Source: an uncultured Propylenella sp. (GTDB lineage: Bacteria > Pseudomonadota > Alphaproteobacteria > Rhizobiales > Afifellaceae). From it: a stretch of 38,269 bases of DNA. Under the pieces are notes generated by a model. The model worked only from the letters and a program-made list of their open reading frames with translations, ran no database searches and was not told the origin of the DNA. The DNA is taken from contig CAZARE010000145.1 of the NCBI GenBank assembly GCA_964487455.1, positions 1 through 38,269 on the forward strand, in the 5' to 3' direction. The stretch's first letter is position 1; each line of letters begins with the position of its first letter. Both the position numbers and the translations under genes were made by a program. This document shows, one piece after another, positions 8,839-20,285 of the stretch.

Positions 8839-11368
8839 TACGACGAGTAAGGACAAAACGCTGCGGGTCGGGGGGCGCAAGCCGCTCTCCCTGAAGCGCG
8901 ACACCGATACTGTGCGCCAGAGCTTCTCCGGCGGCCGCACGAAAGCCGTTGTGGTCGAGAAGAAGCGCCGCCGCGTGACCACACCCGGGTCTGATGCCGC
9001 GCCCGCCGAGGCAGCGTCGAAGCCTGACGCGACGCGTCCGCGCACCGCGACGTCCGCCCAGCAGTTGGACGGGGCGGCGGCGCCGCAACCCCCCCGCGCG
9101 CGGGCTGGCGGCATGGTGCTGCGCACGCTCACTGACGAGGAGCAGGACGCGCGGAAGCAAGCGCTTGCCGAAGCGCGCGTGCGAGAGGCCGAGGAACGCC
9201 GCCAGGCGGAGGACGCGGCCCGCAGGCGCGCCGAGGACGACGAGCGGCTGCAGCACGAGCGCGTCGAGGCCGAGCGCCGCAAGGAGGAGGAAGAAGCCCG
9301 TAAGCAGGCCGAGGACGAAACGCGCCGCCGCTCCGAGGAAGCGGCGCGACGCCGGCTCGGCGAAGAGGAGACCGCGGCGCCGGCTCGTACCACGGAAGCG
9401 GCCGAGACCCGTGGTCGCCGGCGGGTCGAGATGCCCAAGCCCGCCCGCACCAAGGCTGTGCCGGGCGAGCGCCGCCGTGGCCGGCTCACCGTGACCAATG
9501 CGCTGGAGGCTTCGGAAAGCGAGCGCGAGCGCTCGCTCGCTTCGGTGCGCCGCCGGCGCGAGAAGGAAAAGCGGCAGCTGCACGGCTTCACGCCGACGCA
9601 GGAGAAGATCGTCCGCGACGTCGTGATTCCCGAGGCGATTACAGTTCAGGAGCTCGCCAACCGCATGGCGGAGCGCGCCGTCGATGTGATCCGGCTTCTG
9701 ATGAAGGACGGTCAGATGGTGAAGATCACCGACGTGATCGACGCCGACACGGCGCAGATCGTGGCGGAAGAAATGGGGCACAAGGTCCGCCGCGTCGCGG
9801 CCTCCGACGTGGAGGAGGGTCTCTTCGACGCTCCCGATGCGGAGGAGACGCTGAGACCGCGGCCGCCGGTCGTGACCATCATGGGCCATGTCGACCACGG
9901 CAAGACGTCGCTGCTTGATGCAATTCGCTCGGCCAATGTCGTGTCGACGGAGGCCGGCGGCATTACGCAGCATATCGGCGCCTATCAGGTGGAGCAGGCC
10001 GGGCAGAGGATCACCTTCATCGACACGCCCGGCCATGAAGCGTTCACCGCCATGCGCGCCCGCGGCGCGCAGGCGACCGACATCGCCATTCTTGTGGTGG
10101 CCGCGGATGACGGCGTGATGCCGCAGACGGTGGAGTCCATCAATCACGCTCGCGCCGCCGGCGTGCCGATCGTCGTGGCGATCAACAAGATCGACAAGCC
10201 GGGCGCCGACGCGAACCGGGTGCGCACCGATCTGCTCCATCACGAGATCGTCGTTGAGTCGATGAGCGGCGAGACGCTCGAGGTGGAAGTGTCGGCGTTG
10301 AAGCGCACCAATCTCGACAAGCTTCTCGAAGCCGTCCTGCTGCAGGCCGAAATCCTGAACCTTCGGGCCAATCCGGACCGTCCAGCGGAAGGCATCGTGG
10401 TCGAAGCGCAGCTCGACCGCGGACGCGGGCCCGTCGCAACCGTGCTGGTGCAACGCGGCACGCTGCGTGTTGGCGATATCATCGTTGCCGGCGCCGAATG
10501 GGGCCGCGTTCGCGCGCTGATCGACGATCACGGCGAGCACGTGCCCGAGGCCGGACCGTCGATGCCGGTGGAGGTGCTCGGCTTCCAGGCGACGCCGGAG
10601 GCCGGCGATCGTCTTGGCGTAGTGGAGAGCGAGGCCCGCGCCCGCGAGGTGACTGAGTACCGGAGGAACCTGCGGCGCGAGAAGATGGCGGCGCACGCCG
10701 CCGGTGCGCGCGGATCGCTCGAGCAGATGATGAGCCGCCTGGGGACGGACGGAAAGAAGCTCTTCCCGATCCTCATCAAGGGCGACGTGCAGGGCTCGGT
10801 CGAGGCGATCGTGCAGGCGCTCGACAAGCTCGGCACCGACGAGGTGGCCGCGCAGGTCATGCATGCTGGCGTCGGCGGCATCACCGAATCGGACGTCAGC
10901 CTCGCAGCCGCTTCGGAAGCGCCGATCATCGGGTTCAATGTTCGCGCCAACGCGCAGGCGCGCGGCGCCGCGGAACGCGAAGGCATCGAGATCCGCTACT
11001 ACAACATCATCTACGACCTCGTGGACGACATCAAAGCGGCGATGTCGGGCCTCTTGTCGCCGGAGCGGCGGGAGACCTTCCTTGGCAATGCGGAGATCCT
11101 GGAGGTCTTCAACATCTCCAAGGTCGGCAAGGTCGCCGGCTGCCGCGTTACCGAGGGCAAGGTGGAGCGTGGCGCCAGCGTGCGGCTGATCCGCGACGAC
11201 GTGGTCATCCACGAGGGTAAGCTTTCGACCTTGAAGCGCTTCAAGGACGAGGTGAGAGAGGTGCCGGCCGGCCAGGAATGCGGCATGGCGTTCGAGAAAT
11301 ACGAAGATATGCGCGTCGGCGACATCATCGAGTGCTACCGCGTGGAGGAGGTCGCGCGGACGCTCTAG
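8831..11368 (+). CDS. infB: Translation initiation factor IF-2
   Basis: 845 aa with a charged, repetitive N-terminal region. The G domain shows [24 protein letters not shown] and NKID. The C-terminus reads [17 protein letters not shown]. Confidence 0.95.
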   Translation: MSDTTSKDKTLRVGGRKPLSLKRDTDTVRQSFSGGRTKAVVVEKKRRRVTTPGSDAAPAEAASKPDATRPRTATSAQQLDGAAAPQPPRARAGGMVLRTLTDEEQDARKQALAEARVREAEERRQAEDAARRRAEDDERLQHERVEAERRKEEEEARKQAEDETRRRSEEAARRRLGEEETAAPARTTEAAETRGRRRVEMPKPARTKAVPGERRRGRLTVTNALEASESERERSLASVRRRREKEKRQLHGFTPTQEKIVRDVVIPEAITVQELANRMAERAVDVIRLLMKDGQMVKITDVIDADTAQIVAEEMGHKVRRVAASDVEEGLFDAPDAEETLRPRPPVVTIMGHVDHGKTSLLDAIRSANVVSTEAGGITQHIGAYQVEQAGQRITFIDTPGHEAFTAMRARGAQATDIAILVVAADDGVMPQTVESINHARAAGVPIVVAINKIDKPGADANRVRTDLLHHEIVVESMSGETLEVEVSALKRTNLDKLLEAVLLQAEILNLRANPDRPAEGIVVEAQLDRGRGPVATVLVQRGTLRVGDIIVAGAEWGRVRALIDDHGEHVPEAGPSMPVEVLGFQATPEAGDRLGVVESEARAREVTEYRRNLRREKMAAHAAGARGSLEQMMSRLGTDGKKLFPILIKGDVQGSVEAIVQALDKLGTDEVAAQVMHAGVGGITESDVSLAAASEAPIIGFNVRANAQARGAAEREGIEIRYYNIIYDLVDDIKAAMSGLLSPERRETFLGNAEILEVFNISKVGKVAGCRVTEGKVERGASVRLIRDDVVIHEGKLSTLKRFKDEVREVPAGQECGMAFEKYEDMRVGDIIECYRVEEVARTL

Positions 11369-11455
11369 GCGGACCCGGCTGGAACGCTGGCTCCCAATGT
11401 TGATGTCGCCATCGCCGGATTTGAGCCGGCGATCGGCAAGACGCGTGAACCACCG

Positions 11456-11872
11456 ATGACCCGTTTCGCGACGCAAAAGACCGGCCCTTCACAGCGCCAG
11501 CTGCGCGTGGGCGAATTGGTGCGCCACGCGCTCGCCGACCTCTTCACGCGCGGCGAGGCGGGGCCGGAGTTCGAGGGCATGCTCATTTCCATCGCCGAGG
11601 TGCGCATGTCGCCTGATCTCAGGCACGCCACCGTGCTCGTCGCGCCGATGGCTGCCTCCGACCCGGATGCCGTGGTCACGAAACTCGACAAGCACACGGC
11701 GTTCCTGCGCGGCCGGATATCGCCGAAGCTGAAGCAGATGAAGTTCATGCCTGACCTGAAGTTCCGGCTGGACACCCGCTTCGAGGACGACGCGCGCATC
11801 GACGAACTCCTGAAGTCGCCGGAGGTGGCGCGCGATCTGGCCGGCGGTCGCGAGAACGGGGACGAAGGCTGA
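11456..11872 (+). CDS. rbfA: Ribosome-binding factor A
   Basis: 138 aa. Contains SQRQLRVGELVRHALADLF and SIAEVRMSPDLRHATVLV. It is downstream of infB. Confidence 0.9.
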   Translation: MTRFATQKTGPSQRQLRVGELVRHALADLFTRGEAGPEFEGMLISIAEVRMSPDLRHATVLVAPMAASDPDAVVTKLDKHTAFLRGRISPKLKQMKFMPDLKFRLDTRFEDDARIDELLKSPEVARDLAGGRENGDEG

Positions 11873-12840
11873 TGGGACGCCGCGACAAGGGCAGGAAGGT
11901 CGACGGCTGGCTGATCCTCGACAAGCCGGTCGGCATGACCTCCACCGAGGCGGTGGCGCGCGTGAAGCGGCTCTTCAACGCCGCCAAGGCGGGGCACGCC
12001 GGAACGCTCGATCCGCTCGCCTCCGGATGCCTGCCGATCGCGCTTGGCGAAGCGACCAAGACCGTCGCCAACGTCATGGAGGGACGGAAGCTCTACCGCT
12101 TCACGATCCGTTGGGGCGGGGAGACGGAGACCGACGACTGCGAAGGCGCCGTTCTCAGGACCGCAGAGGTTCGGCCGGAGGCAGCGGAGATCCGTGCCAT
12201 CCTCCCCGAGTTCACCGGCGACATCATGCAGGTCCCGCCGCGCTATTCCGCCGTCAAGATTTCCGGTGAGCGTGCCTACCACTTGGCGCGTGAGGGCGGG
12301 GAGGTGGTGCTGGAACCGCGCGGGATCGTGGTCCATCAGCTTGATCTTATCGAATGCCCCGACGCCGACCACGCCGTGTTCGAAGCCGAATGCGGCAAGG
12401 GCGCTTATGTGAGGGCGCTGGCCCGCGACTTGGGTCGGCGGCTTGGCACTTATGGCCACGTCGTCAGCCTGCGCCGCTTGGGCGTCGGCCCGTTCGGGGG
12501 GGAGCACATGATTTCGCTGGAAAAGCTGAGCGAGTTGCGCGATAAGGCCGGGGCTTCCGGCGGCCTTGCGGCCGCGGAGGCTCTTTTGTCGGTCGCGACG
12601 GCGCTGGACGGCATCCCGGCGCTTGCCATGACCGAGAGGGATGCGGCCCGCCTCAGGAGAGGCCAGGCCGTGATCCTCAGAGGACGGGATGCGCCCGTCG
12701 TGTCTGGCCCCGCTTATGCGGTCTTCGGCGGCCTGCCCGTCGCGCTCGGCGAGGTCGACAGGGGCGCCTTCAATCCCAAGCGTGTGTTCAATCTGTCCGA
12801 CGGCCGCAACCGGCCCGGCACTAGAAGCTTACAAGGATGA
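11872..12840 (+). CDS. truB: tRNA pseudouridine(55) synthase TruB
   Basis: 322 aa. Contains GWLILDKPVGMTSTEAV and the catalytic motif GHAGTLDPLASGCLPIALGEATK. Its ATG overlaps the rbfA stop (TGATG). Confidence 0.9.
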   Translation: MGRRDKGRKVDGWLILDKPVGMTSTEAVARVKRLFNAAKAGHAGTLDPLASGCLPIALGEATKTVANVMEGRKLYRFTIRWGGETETDDCEGAVLRTAEVRPEAAEIRAILPEFTGDIMQVPPRYSAVKISGERAYHLAREGGEVVLEPRGIVVHQLDLIECPDADHAVFEAECGKGAYVRALARDLGRRLGTYGHVVSLRRLGVGPFGGEHMISLEKLSELRDKAGASGGLAAAEALLSVATALDGIPALAMTERDAARLRRGQAVILRGRDAPVVSGPAYAVFGGLPVALGEVDRGAFNPKRVFNLSDGRNRPGTRSLQG

Positions 12841-12843
12841 CCG

Positions 12844-13113
12844 ATGTCGATCACTACGGATCGAAAGCAAGAGCTGATTAAGGAATACGCTACGAAGGAC
12901 GGAGACACGGGCTCGCCGGAAGTCCAGGTCGCCATCCTGTCGGAGCGGATCGTCAACCTGACCGAGCACTTCAAAAGCCACGTGAAGGACAACCATTCGC
13001 GTCGCGGCCTTCTGAAGATGGTATCGCAGCGCCGCCGGCTACTCGACTATCTGAAGTCGAGGGACACGGCCCGTTACCAAACGCTTATTTCGCGGCTCGG
13101 ACTGCGCCGCTGA
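12844..13113 (+). CDS. rpsO: 30S ribosomal protein S15
   Basis: 89 aa. Reads [60 protein letters not shown]. Confidence 0.95.
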   Translation: MSITTDRKQELIKEYATKDGDTGSPEVQVAILSERIVNLTEHFKSHVKDNHSRRGLLKMVSQRRRLLDYLKSRDTARYQTLISRLGLRR

Positions 13114-13282
13114 GGCGCGGCCGCGACGGGCGGAACGAGGAGTTCGCCCGCTCAAGTCCATGAAGCGGATATGGCCATGGCAGGATCGCCGGTCGCTCGG
13201 GAGCTGGATTCGCCGGCTTTGGAGCGCCCCGTCGTCTTGCACATGGCCTGTCCTGCTCGTTGCATGATCGAAAGGACCTACC

Positions 13283-15418
<2,136 letters not shown>

Positions 15419-15445
15419 CGGGGTTTTTGCCCCCCACAAGTGAGA

Positions 15446-15472
15446 AAGGGCGCCGCCGGCGCCCTTTTGTTT
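15446..15472. terminator. Bidirectional intrinsic terminator between the convergent pnp and GGDEF-EAL genes
   Basis: The hairpin aagggcgcc-gcc-ggcgccctt spans 15446-15466, and the T-rich run ttttgttt at 15465-15472 overlaps the last two stem bases. The minus-strand T-run is weaker. A smaller gggg/cccc hairpin lies at 15420-15435. Confidence 0.5.
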
Positions 15473-15488
15473 CGTCGTGAGCTGGCGG

Positions 15489-17423
15489 TCAACCGGCCGC
15501 CGCGAGCGTCGGCTCCCGCTCGTCAAGCTTCAGAAGGTTCTCTAGCGGCATCGGCGGCGCGAAATAGTAGCCCTGCGCCTCCGTGCAGCCGGCGGCGCGC
15601 AGCATCTGCGCGTGCTCGATCGTCTCTACGCCCTGTCCGGCCACACGGAAGCCGAGGGAGTGGCCGAGGCTGCAAACGGCCGCCAGCACGGCGCCGCTCT
15701 TCTGCTCGTCGTTGTTCATCAGGAAGGAGCGGTCGACCTTGATCTTATCGAAGGAGTGGCGTGACAACAGGCCGAGGCTCAGCGTGCCGACGCCAAACGC
15801 GTCCATGACGATACGCACGCCGGCGTCGCGGATCTTCTCAAGGCGCGAGAACGCCAGGGCCTCGTTGCGGCCGAGGATCGTTTCGTTCACCTCTATCTCG
15901 ATCCGGCGCGGGTCGATCTTATGGCTCTTCAGGGCATCGAGGATGAAAGTATCGAAGCCATCCCGTTTTAGCTGCGGCGGCGACAGGTTGATCGCGATGC
16001 ATCGGTCCGCGGGAATGAGCGCACAGTCGCGTGCCACCTGCCGGATCACCCATTCGCCGATCGGCACCATGAGCCCGGTTTCCTCAGCGAGCGAAACGAA
16101 GACGGCGGCCGGCACCAGGCCTTTGCCCGGCAGCCGCCAGCGCAGCATCGCCTCGTAGCCAACCGTGCGCCCGGTCGCCAGCTCCACCTGCGGCTGGTAG
16201 AGAAGCTGGAAGTGATCCTTCTCCAGCGCGAGCCGAAGCCCATCCTCCAGCGTCCGCCGGCTCGCGAGGTCCTCCGCCATCTTGGGATCGAAGAAGCGCC
16301 AGGTCCGCCGTCCCTCGCTCTTGGCGCGATAGAGCGCGAAGTCGGCATTGCGCATCAGCGTGCCGATATCGGCGCCGTTGTCCGGCGCCACGGCAAGCCC
16401 GATGGAGCAGCCGATCTGGATCTCGTGCCCCTCGACGCGGAAGGGGCTGGAAAGCAGCTTCAGCACGCGCTCGGCCAATGGCGCGAGCATCGCCGGGTCG
16501 GCCACGCGCGGCACCACGATGACAAACTCGTCGCCGGAAAGACGCACCAGCAGGTCGCCGCTTCTCAATGATGCCTTCAGCCGCTTGGCGCACGCCTTGA
16601 GGAGCCCGTCTCCCACCGGATGGCCCAGCGTGTCGTTCACCGCCTTGAAGGCGTCGAGATCGAGGACGAATAGCGCCGCCTTGTGCCCCTCCTGCTCGAT
16701 CGTCGCCAGCGTCTCGGCCATGAACTCCTCGAACTGCTTGCGGTTCGGGAGGCCGGTCAGCTCGTCGTGCAAGGCGAGAAAGCGTATCGCGGCGTTCTCG
16801 GCCGAAAGCTGGCGCTGCCGGTAGCTGAAGCCGGCCATGAACGACACGAAGGTGATGATGGCCACGCCGCCGCTGAAGAGGACTTCGCGCGCGAAGCTTG
16901 AGACCAGGCCGGCGGCTGTCTGCGTTTGGTCGACGCGCGCCGCGAGGCGAGCCTTGCCGCCGGCGCTCGGCGGCAGGATCACCCAGCTGCGGTAGGACTC
17001 CGGATTGGGCCAGCGCACCGAATCGAGCGTGTACGCGCCGCTCGCCACCGAGTAGATCGCTGCATCTGCGGACCCGGCCTCAGCCGTGACGCGGCCGAGC
17101 TCGTCCGCCGCATTGGCGCCGCGGATGGTCGTGAGGCGCCCGTTCGGCGCGATCAGCACGAGCCTGTCTATGCTGGCGAAGTTGAGCGTCGAGTCGAGTG
17201 TCTTTGGACCGGTTGCGGCAAGGGCCGCTTCGAGGTCCGCGGCTTGCTCTCCCAGCACCGAGCGCGACCAGACCTCGACCGTCGCGACCGCGTCCCCCGC
17301 CATCATCCGTCCAAGCGCGAACTGGCCGAGCATGTAGATGGCCGCGAGCACTGCGCACGACAGCAGCACGAGCGAGGCGACCGTCGCGAGCGGCTTCCGG
17401 TCGATCTGCCGCAACTTGCTCAC
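15489..17423 (-). CDS. Membrane-anchored GGDEF-EAL protein (SGDEF with an RxxD I-site; variant EAL)
   Basis: 644 aa with two TM segments flanking a periplasmic region of about 150 aa. Motifs are DELTGLPNR, RSGDLLVRLSGDEF, YEAMLRW (EAM rather than EAL), EVNET, DAFGVGTLSL (rather than DDFGTGYSSL), KVDRSF and QGVET. The GTG start overlaps the upstream paralog's stop. Confidence 0.85.
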   Translation of the reverse strand: MSKLRQIDRKPLATVASLVLLSCAVLAAIYMLGQFALGRMMAGDAVATVEVWSRSVLGEQAADLEAALAATGPKTLDSTLNFASIDRLVLIAPNGRLTTIRGANAADELGRVTAEAGSADAAIYSVASGAYTLDSVRWPNPESYRSWVILPPSAGGKARLAARVDQTQTAAGLVSSFAREVLFSGGVAIITFVSFMAGFSYRQRQLSAENAAIRFLALHDELTGLPNRKQFEEFMAETLATIEQEGHKAALFVLDLDAFKAVNDTLGHPVGDGLLKACAKRLKASLRSGDLLVRLSGDEFVIVVPRVADPAMLAPLAERVLKLLSSPFRVEGHEIQIGCSIGLAVAPDNGADIGTLMRNADFALYRAKSEGRRTWRFFDPKMAEDLASRRTLEDGLRLALEKDHFQLLYQPQVELATGRTVGYEAMLRWRLPGKGLVPAAVFVSLAEETGLMVPIGEWVIRQVARDCALIPADRCIAINLSPPQLKRDGFDTFILDALKSHKIDPRRIEIEVNETILGRNEALAFSRLEKIRDAGVRIVMDAFGVGTLSLGLLSRHSFDKIKVDRSFLMNNDEQKSGAVLAAVCSLGHSLGFRVAGQGVETIEHAQMLRAAGCTEAQGYYFAPPMPLENLLKLDEREPTLAAAG

Positions 17424-19345
17424 CTTGCGTCGCCGGCCGCCCGCGCCGTTCCGGCCAAGGCCCTGTTATCGCTACTATTCTGCGAGCCGGTGGCGCTCCG
17501 GCTTCCGGTCTCGCGCTGCGGTGCGCCGAAGAGGAAGCCTTGGACGATGCTGCAGCCTGCCGCCTTGAGCAGCGTCACCTGCTCGCTCGTCTCCACGCCC
17601 TCGGCCGTCACGTCGACGCTCAGCGTGCGACCGAGCGAGACGATGGATGCGACGATCGCCGCAACGTCGGCGTCTTCCGTCAGCTGGGCCACGAAGGAAC
17701 GGTCGATCTTGATCTTGTCGAAGGGGAAATGTGCGAGCGAGGCCAGCCCCGAATAGCCGGCGCCGAAATCATCCATCGCGATGCGCACGCCGAGCGCCTT
17801 GATACGGTTCAGTAGGTCCATCACGTCAGGACCTGAGTCGAAGAAGAGGCTCTCCGGCACTTCGATCTCGAGACGGTCGGCGGGAAGACCGGTCTCCTGC
17901 AGCACCTTTGCGATTGTCTTGTCGATTTCCTGTGAGCGAAATTGCGCCGCAGAGAAGTTTACCGCCACTGAGCCGGAATCAAGCCAGGAGGCGGCGTCCT
18001 CGCAGGCCCGCCTGAGTATCCAATCGCCAATCGGACGGATCAGGCCCGTCTCCTCGGCGACCGACAGGAAGTCGCGCGGCGCCAGGATGCCCTCGCCGGG
18101 GCGCTCCCATCTGACCAGCGCCTCGTAACCACGCAGTCGGCCGGATGCCAGCTCCAGTTGAGGCTGATAGAAGACTACGAACTCTTCCCGCTCGAGCGCC
18201 TTGCGCAGGTCGCGCTCGAGCGCCTCGGTGCGATGCATCCGCTCTTTCATCTCCGTGTCAAAGACGGCAAGCGTGTTGCGTCCCTGCAACTTTGCCTTGG
18301 CGAGCGAGCCGGCTGCGGCACGGAAGAGCACGTCACCGTCCTCGGCATTGATCGGATAGAGGGCGGCTCCGATGCTGGCGCTGATCATGATCGATGCGCC
18401 GTCGATCTCAAAGGGCGCGCTGATCGCGTTGCGGATCTGATGGGCGAGCTGGCGCATGGAGTGCGTCGCCTCTCCTTCTACGATGACCGCGAACTCATCG
18501 CCGGAGACGCGCGCCAGCCCGGCTGGCGGGGTTGCGAAAGGCCGCAGCCGCTCAGCCGCCATCCTCAGCACCTTATCGCCCATCTGGTGGCCCCAGATGC
18601 CATTCACCCCGCGGAAGCGGTCGAGGTCGACCACCATCAACAGGACCTGCTGATCAGCCTCAGCGGCGCGCTCAAGGGCGTCGTTGAGAATCTCCACAAA
18701 GCCGGCTCGTGTCGGCGCCTCGGTTAGCGGATCGTGGGCGACGGAATTCGGGTCGAAAATCTTGCGCTCGCGAAAGCCGTGGCCGCGCGTCACCACAAAG
18801 GCGACCGCGATGACCGCGAGGACGGCTAGTCCGACGGTCACCATCGCAACAACGCTGAAGGCGCGGGTCAGCGATTCCAGCCCTCGGGTCTGATCGACCT
18901 CGACAAGAAGCGAGCCCGCCATCTCCCCGTTTCTGACCACAGGGACCGCGACCCGTTTGATCACCGAGGGGGAAAGACCGATGAGACTTGGAAGAAGAGG
19001 AGAGTCTTCCATGACGATGCCGCCCCGCGCCACGAGCCGGGCAAGGTCCGGCCGGTCCGCCTGGGTCAGCTCCGGCTGAGAACTGAGGCTACGGCCCGGT
19101 ACCGCGCTTTCGATGACGTTTCCGTCCAGGTCGAAATAGGAATAGCGCACGACCGAGGAGAGAGCCGCGCTGGCCGCGATCGGTCTGCCGCGGGCGAGAT
19201 TCGCGGCAAGCTCCTGTGCGGCGACGATCGCGTCGCCATCCAGAACCGAGCGCACAAACAGTCGTGAGGCTGCGAACACGGATATTCCAAGGGCAAAGCC
19301 CACAAGGAACACGATCACCGCGGCGCGAAACTTCGGAATCGACAT
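17420..19345 (-). CDS. Membrane-anchored GGDEF-EAL protein (SGDEF variant; canonical EAL)
   Basis: 641 aa with the same TM-periplasmic-TM layout. Motifs are DPLTEAPTR, ARVSGDEF (no RxxD), GYEALVRW, EIEVPES, MDDFGAGYSGL, KIDRSF, AEGVET and QGFLFG. Confidence 0.85.
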   Translation of the reverse strand: MSIPKFRAAVIVFLVGFALGISVFAASRLFVRSVLDGDAIVAAQELAANLARGRPIAASAALSSVVRYSYFDLDGNVIESAVPGRSLSSQPELTQADRPDLARLVARGGIVMEDSPLLPSLIGLSPSVIKRVAVPVVRNGEMAGSLLVEVDQTRGLESLTRAFSVVAMVTVGLAVLAVIAVAFVVTRGHGFRERKIFDPNSVAHDPLTEAPTRAGFVEILNDALERAAEADQQVLLMVVDLDRFRGVNGIWGHQMGDKVLRMAAERLRPFATPPAGLARVSGDEFAVIVEGEATHSMRQLAHQIRNAISAPFEIDGASIMISASIGAALYPINAEDGDVLFRAAAGSLAKAKLQGRNTLAVFDTEMKERMHRTEALERDLRKALEREEFVVFYQPQLELASGRLRGYEALVRWERPGEGILAPRDFLSVAEETGLIRPIGDWILRRACEDAASWLDSGSVAVNFSAAQFRSQEIDKTIAKVLQETGLPADRLEIEVPESLFFDSGPDVMDLLNRIKALGVRIAMDDFGAGYSGLASLAHFPFDKIKIDRSFVAQLTEDADVAAIVASIVSLGRTLSVDVTAEGVETSEQVTLLKAAGCSIVQGFLFGAPQRETGSRSATGSQNSSDNRALAGTARAAGDAR

Positions 19346-19444
19346 GGGAATCCCGATCAGGCGCGATCAGGAGACCAAATTCCTGTAAAGAATTTCCTTA
19401 CTAGCGGCGGAATTGTGCGGGATTTGCTACCAACGAGAGTAACC

Positions 19445-20275
19445 TTATTCCGCCGCCGCGCGCGCCGCCTTGTCGTCGTCCTGAGGTCCCAGTTGCGCGA
19501 GCCTCGGCATCGCCACGATATTGTAGCCGCAATCCACGTAATGGATTTCGCCGGTGACCGCGCGCGACAGGTCGCTCAGCAAGTAAAGCGCGGCGCCGCC
19601 GATATCCGCCGTCGATATGTCGTGCTTGAGCGGGGCATTGGCCCGCTGATAACTGAACATGAGCCGGGCGTTCGCCACGCCGGCTCCCGCCAACGTGCGG
19701 ATCGGCCCGGCGGAGACGGCGTTGACGCGAATGCCGCCTTGCCCGAAATCGACTGCGAGATATCGCACGGACGCCTCTAACGCGGCTTTTGCCACGCCCA
19801 TGACATTGTAGTTCGGCATCACCCTTTCCGATCCTCCGTAGGTGAGGGTGAGGAGGCTCCCTCCGTCGGGCATGAGCGGGGCCGCCATGCGGGCGATCTC
19901 GGTGAACGAGTAGCAGGAGATAAGCATGGTGCGGGCGAAGTTCTCGCGCGACGTATCGGCATAGCGTCCGCGCAGCTCGGCTTTGTCAGAGTAGGCGATC
20001 GCGTGGACGACAAAGTCGATCGTTCCCCATTCGGTGCGCAGCCTGTCGAACACGGCCTGCATCGAGGCGGCGTCCTCCACGTCGCAATGGTGGACGACCT
20101 TTGCCCCGAGCGAAGCGGCAAGCGGCTTCACTCGCCGTCCGAAATGATCGCCCTGGTAGGTGAAGGCCAGCTCCGCGCCGTGCTCGGCCAGCATGCTCGC
20201 GATGCCCCATGCAATCGAATGGTCGTTGGCCACGCCCATGATCAGGCCGCGCTTTCCGGCTATCAACCCGCTCAT
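19445..20275 (-). CDS. fabI: Enoyl-ACP reductase (NADH) FabI
   Basis: The internal ATG at 20275 gives MSGLIAGKRGLIMGVANDHSIAWGIASMLAEHGAELAFTYQGD, a typical FabI N-terminus. It lies 10 nt after the fabB stop and is preceded by AGGAA. The 27-codon upstream extension in the ORF track overlaps fabB. Confidence 0.9.
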   Translation of the reverse strand: MSGLIAGKRGLIMGVANDHSIAWGIASMLAEHGAELAFTYQGDHFGRRVKPLAASLGAKVVHHCDVEDAASMQAVFDRLRTEWGTIDFVVHAIAYSDKAELRGRYADTSRENFARTMLISCYSFTEIARMAAPLMPDGGSLLTLTYGGSERVMPNYNVMGVAKAALEASVRYLAVDFGQGGIRVNAVSAGPIRTLAGAGVANARLMFSYQRANAPLKHDISTADIGGAALYLLSDLSRAVTGEIHYVDCGYNIVAMPRLAQLGPQDDDKAARAAAE

Positions 20276-20285
20276 TGCTGCGTTC

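Noticed and set aside
8645-11476. A very long antisense ORF (943 aa) opposite infB. Similar long ORFs lie opposite nusA/infB (7945..9591), fabB (20160..21473), pnp (13694..14881), rimP (5386..6489) and hslV/GNAT (35498..36664).
   Set aside because: Their translations are Arg/Ala/Gly/Pro-rich with no recognisable motifs. They sit exactly opposite strongly recognisable conserved genes. Long stop-free antisense frames are expected in DNA this GC-rich.
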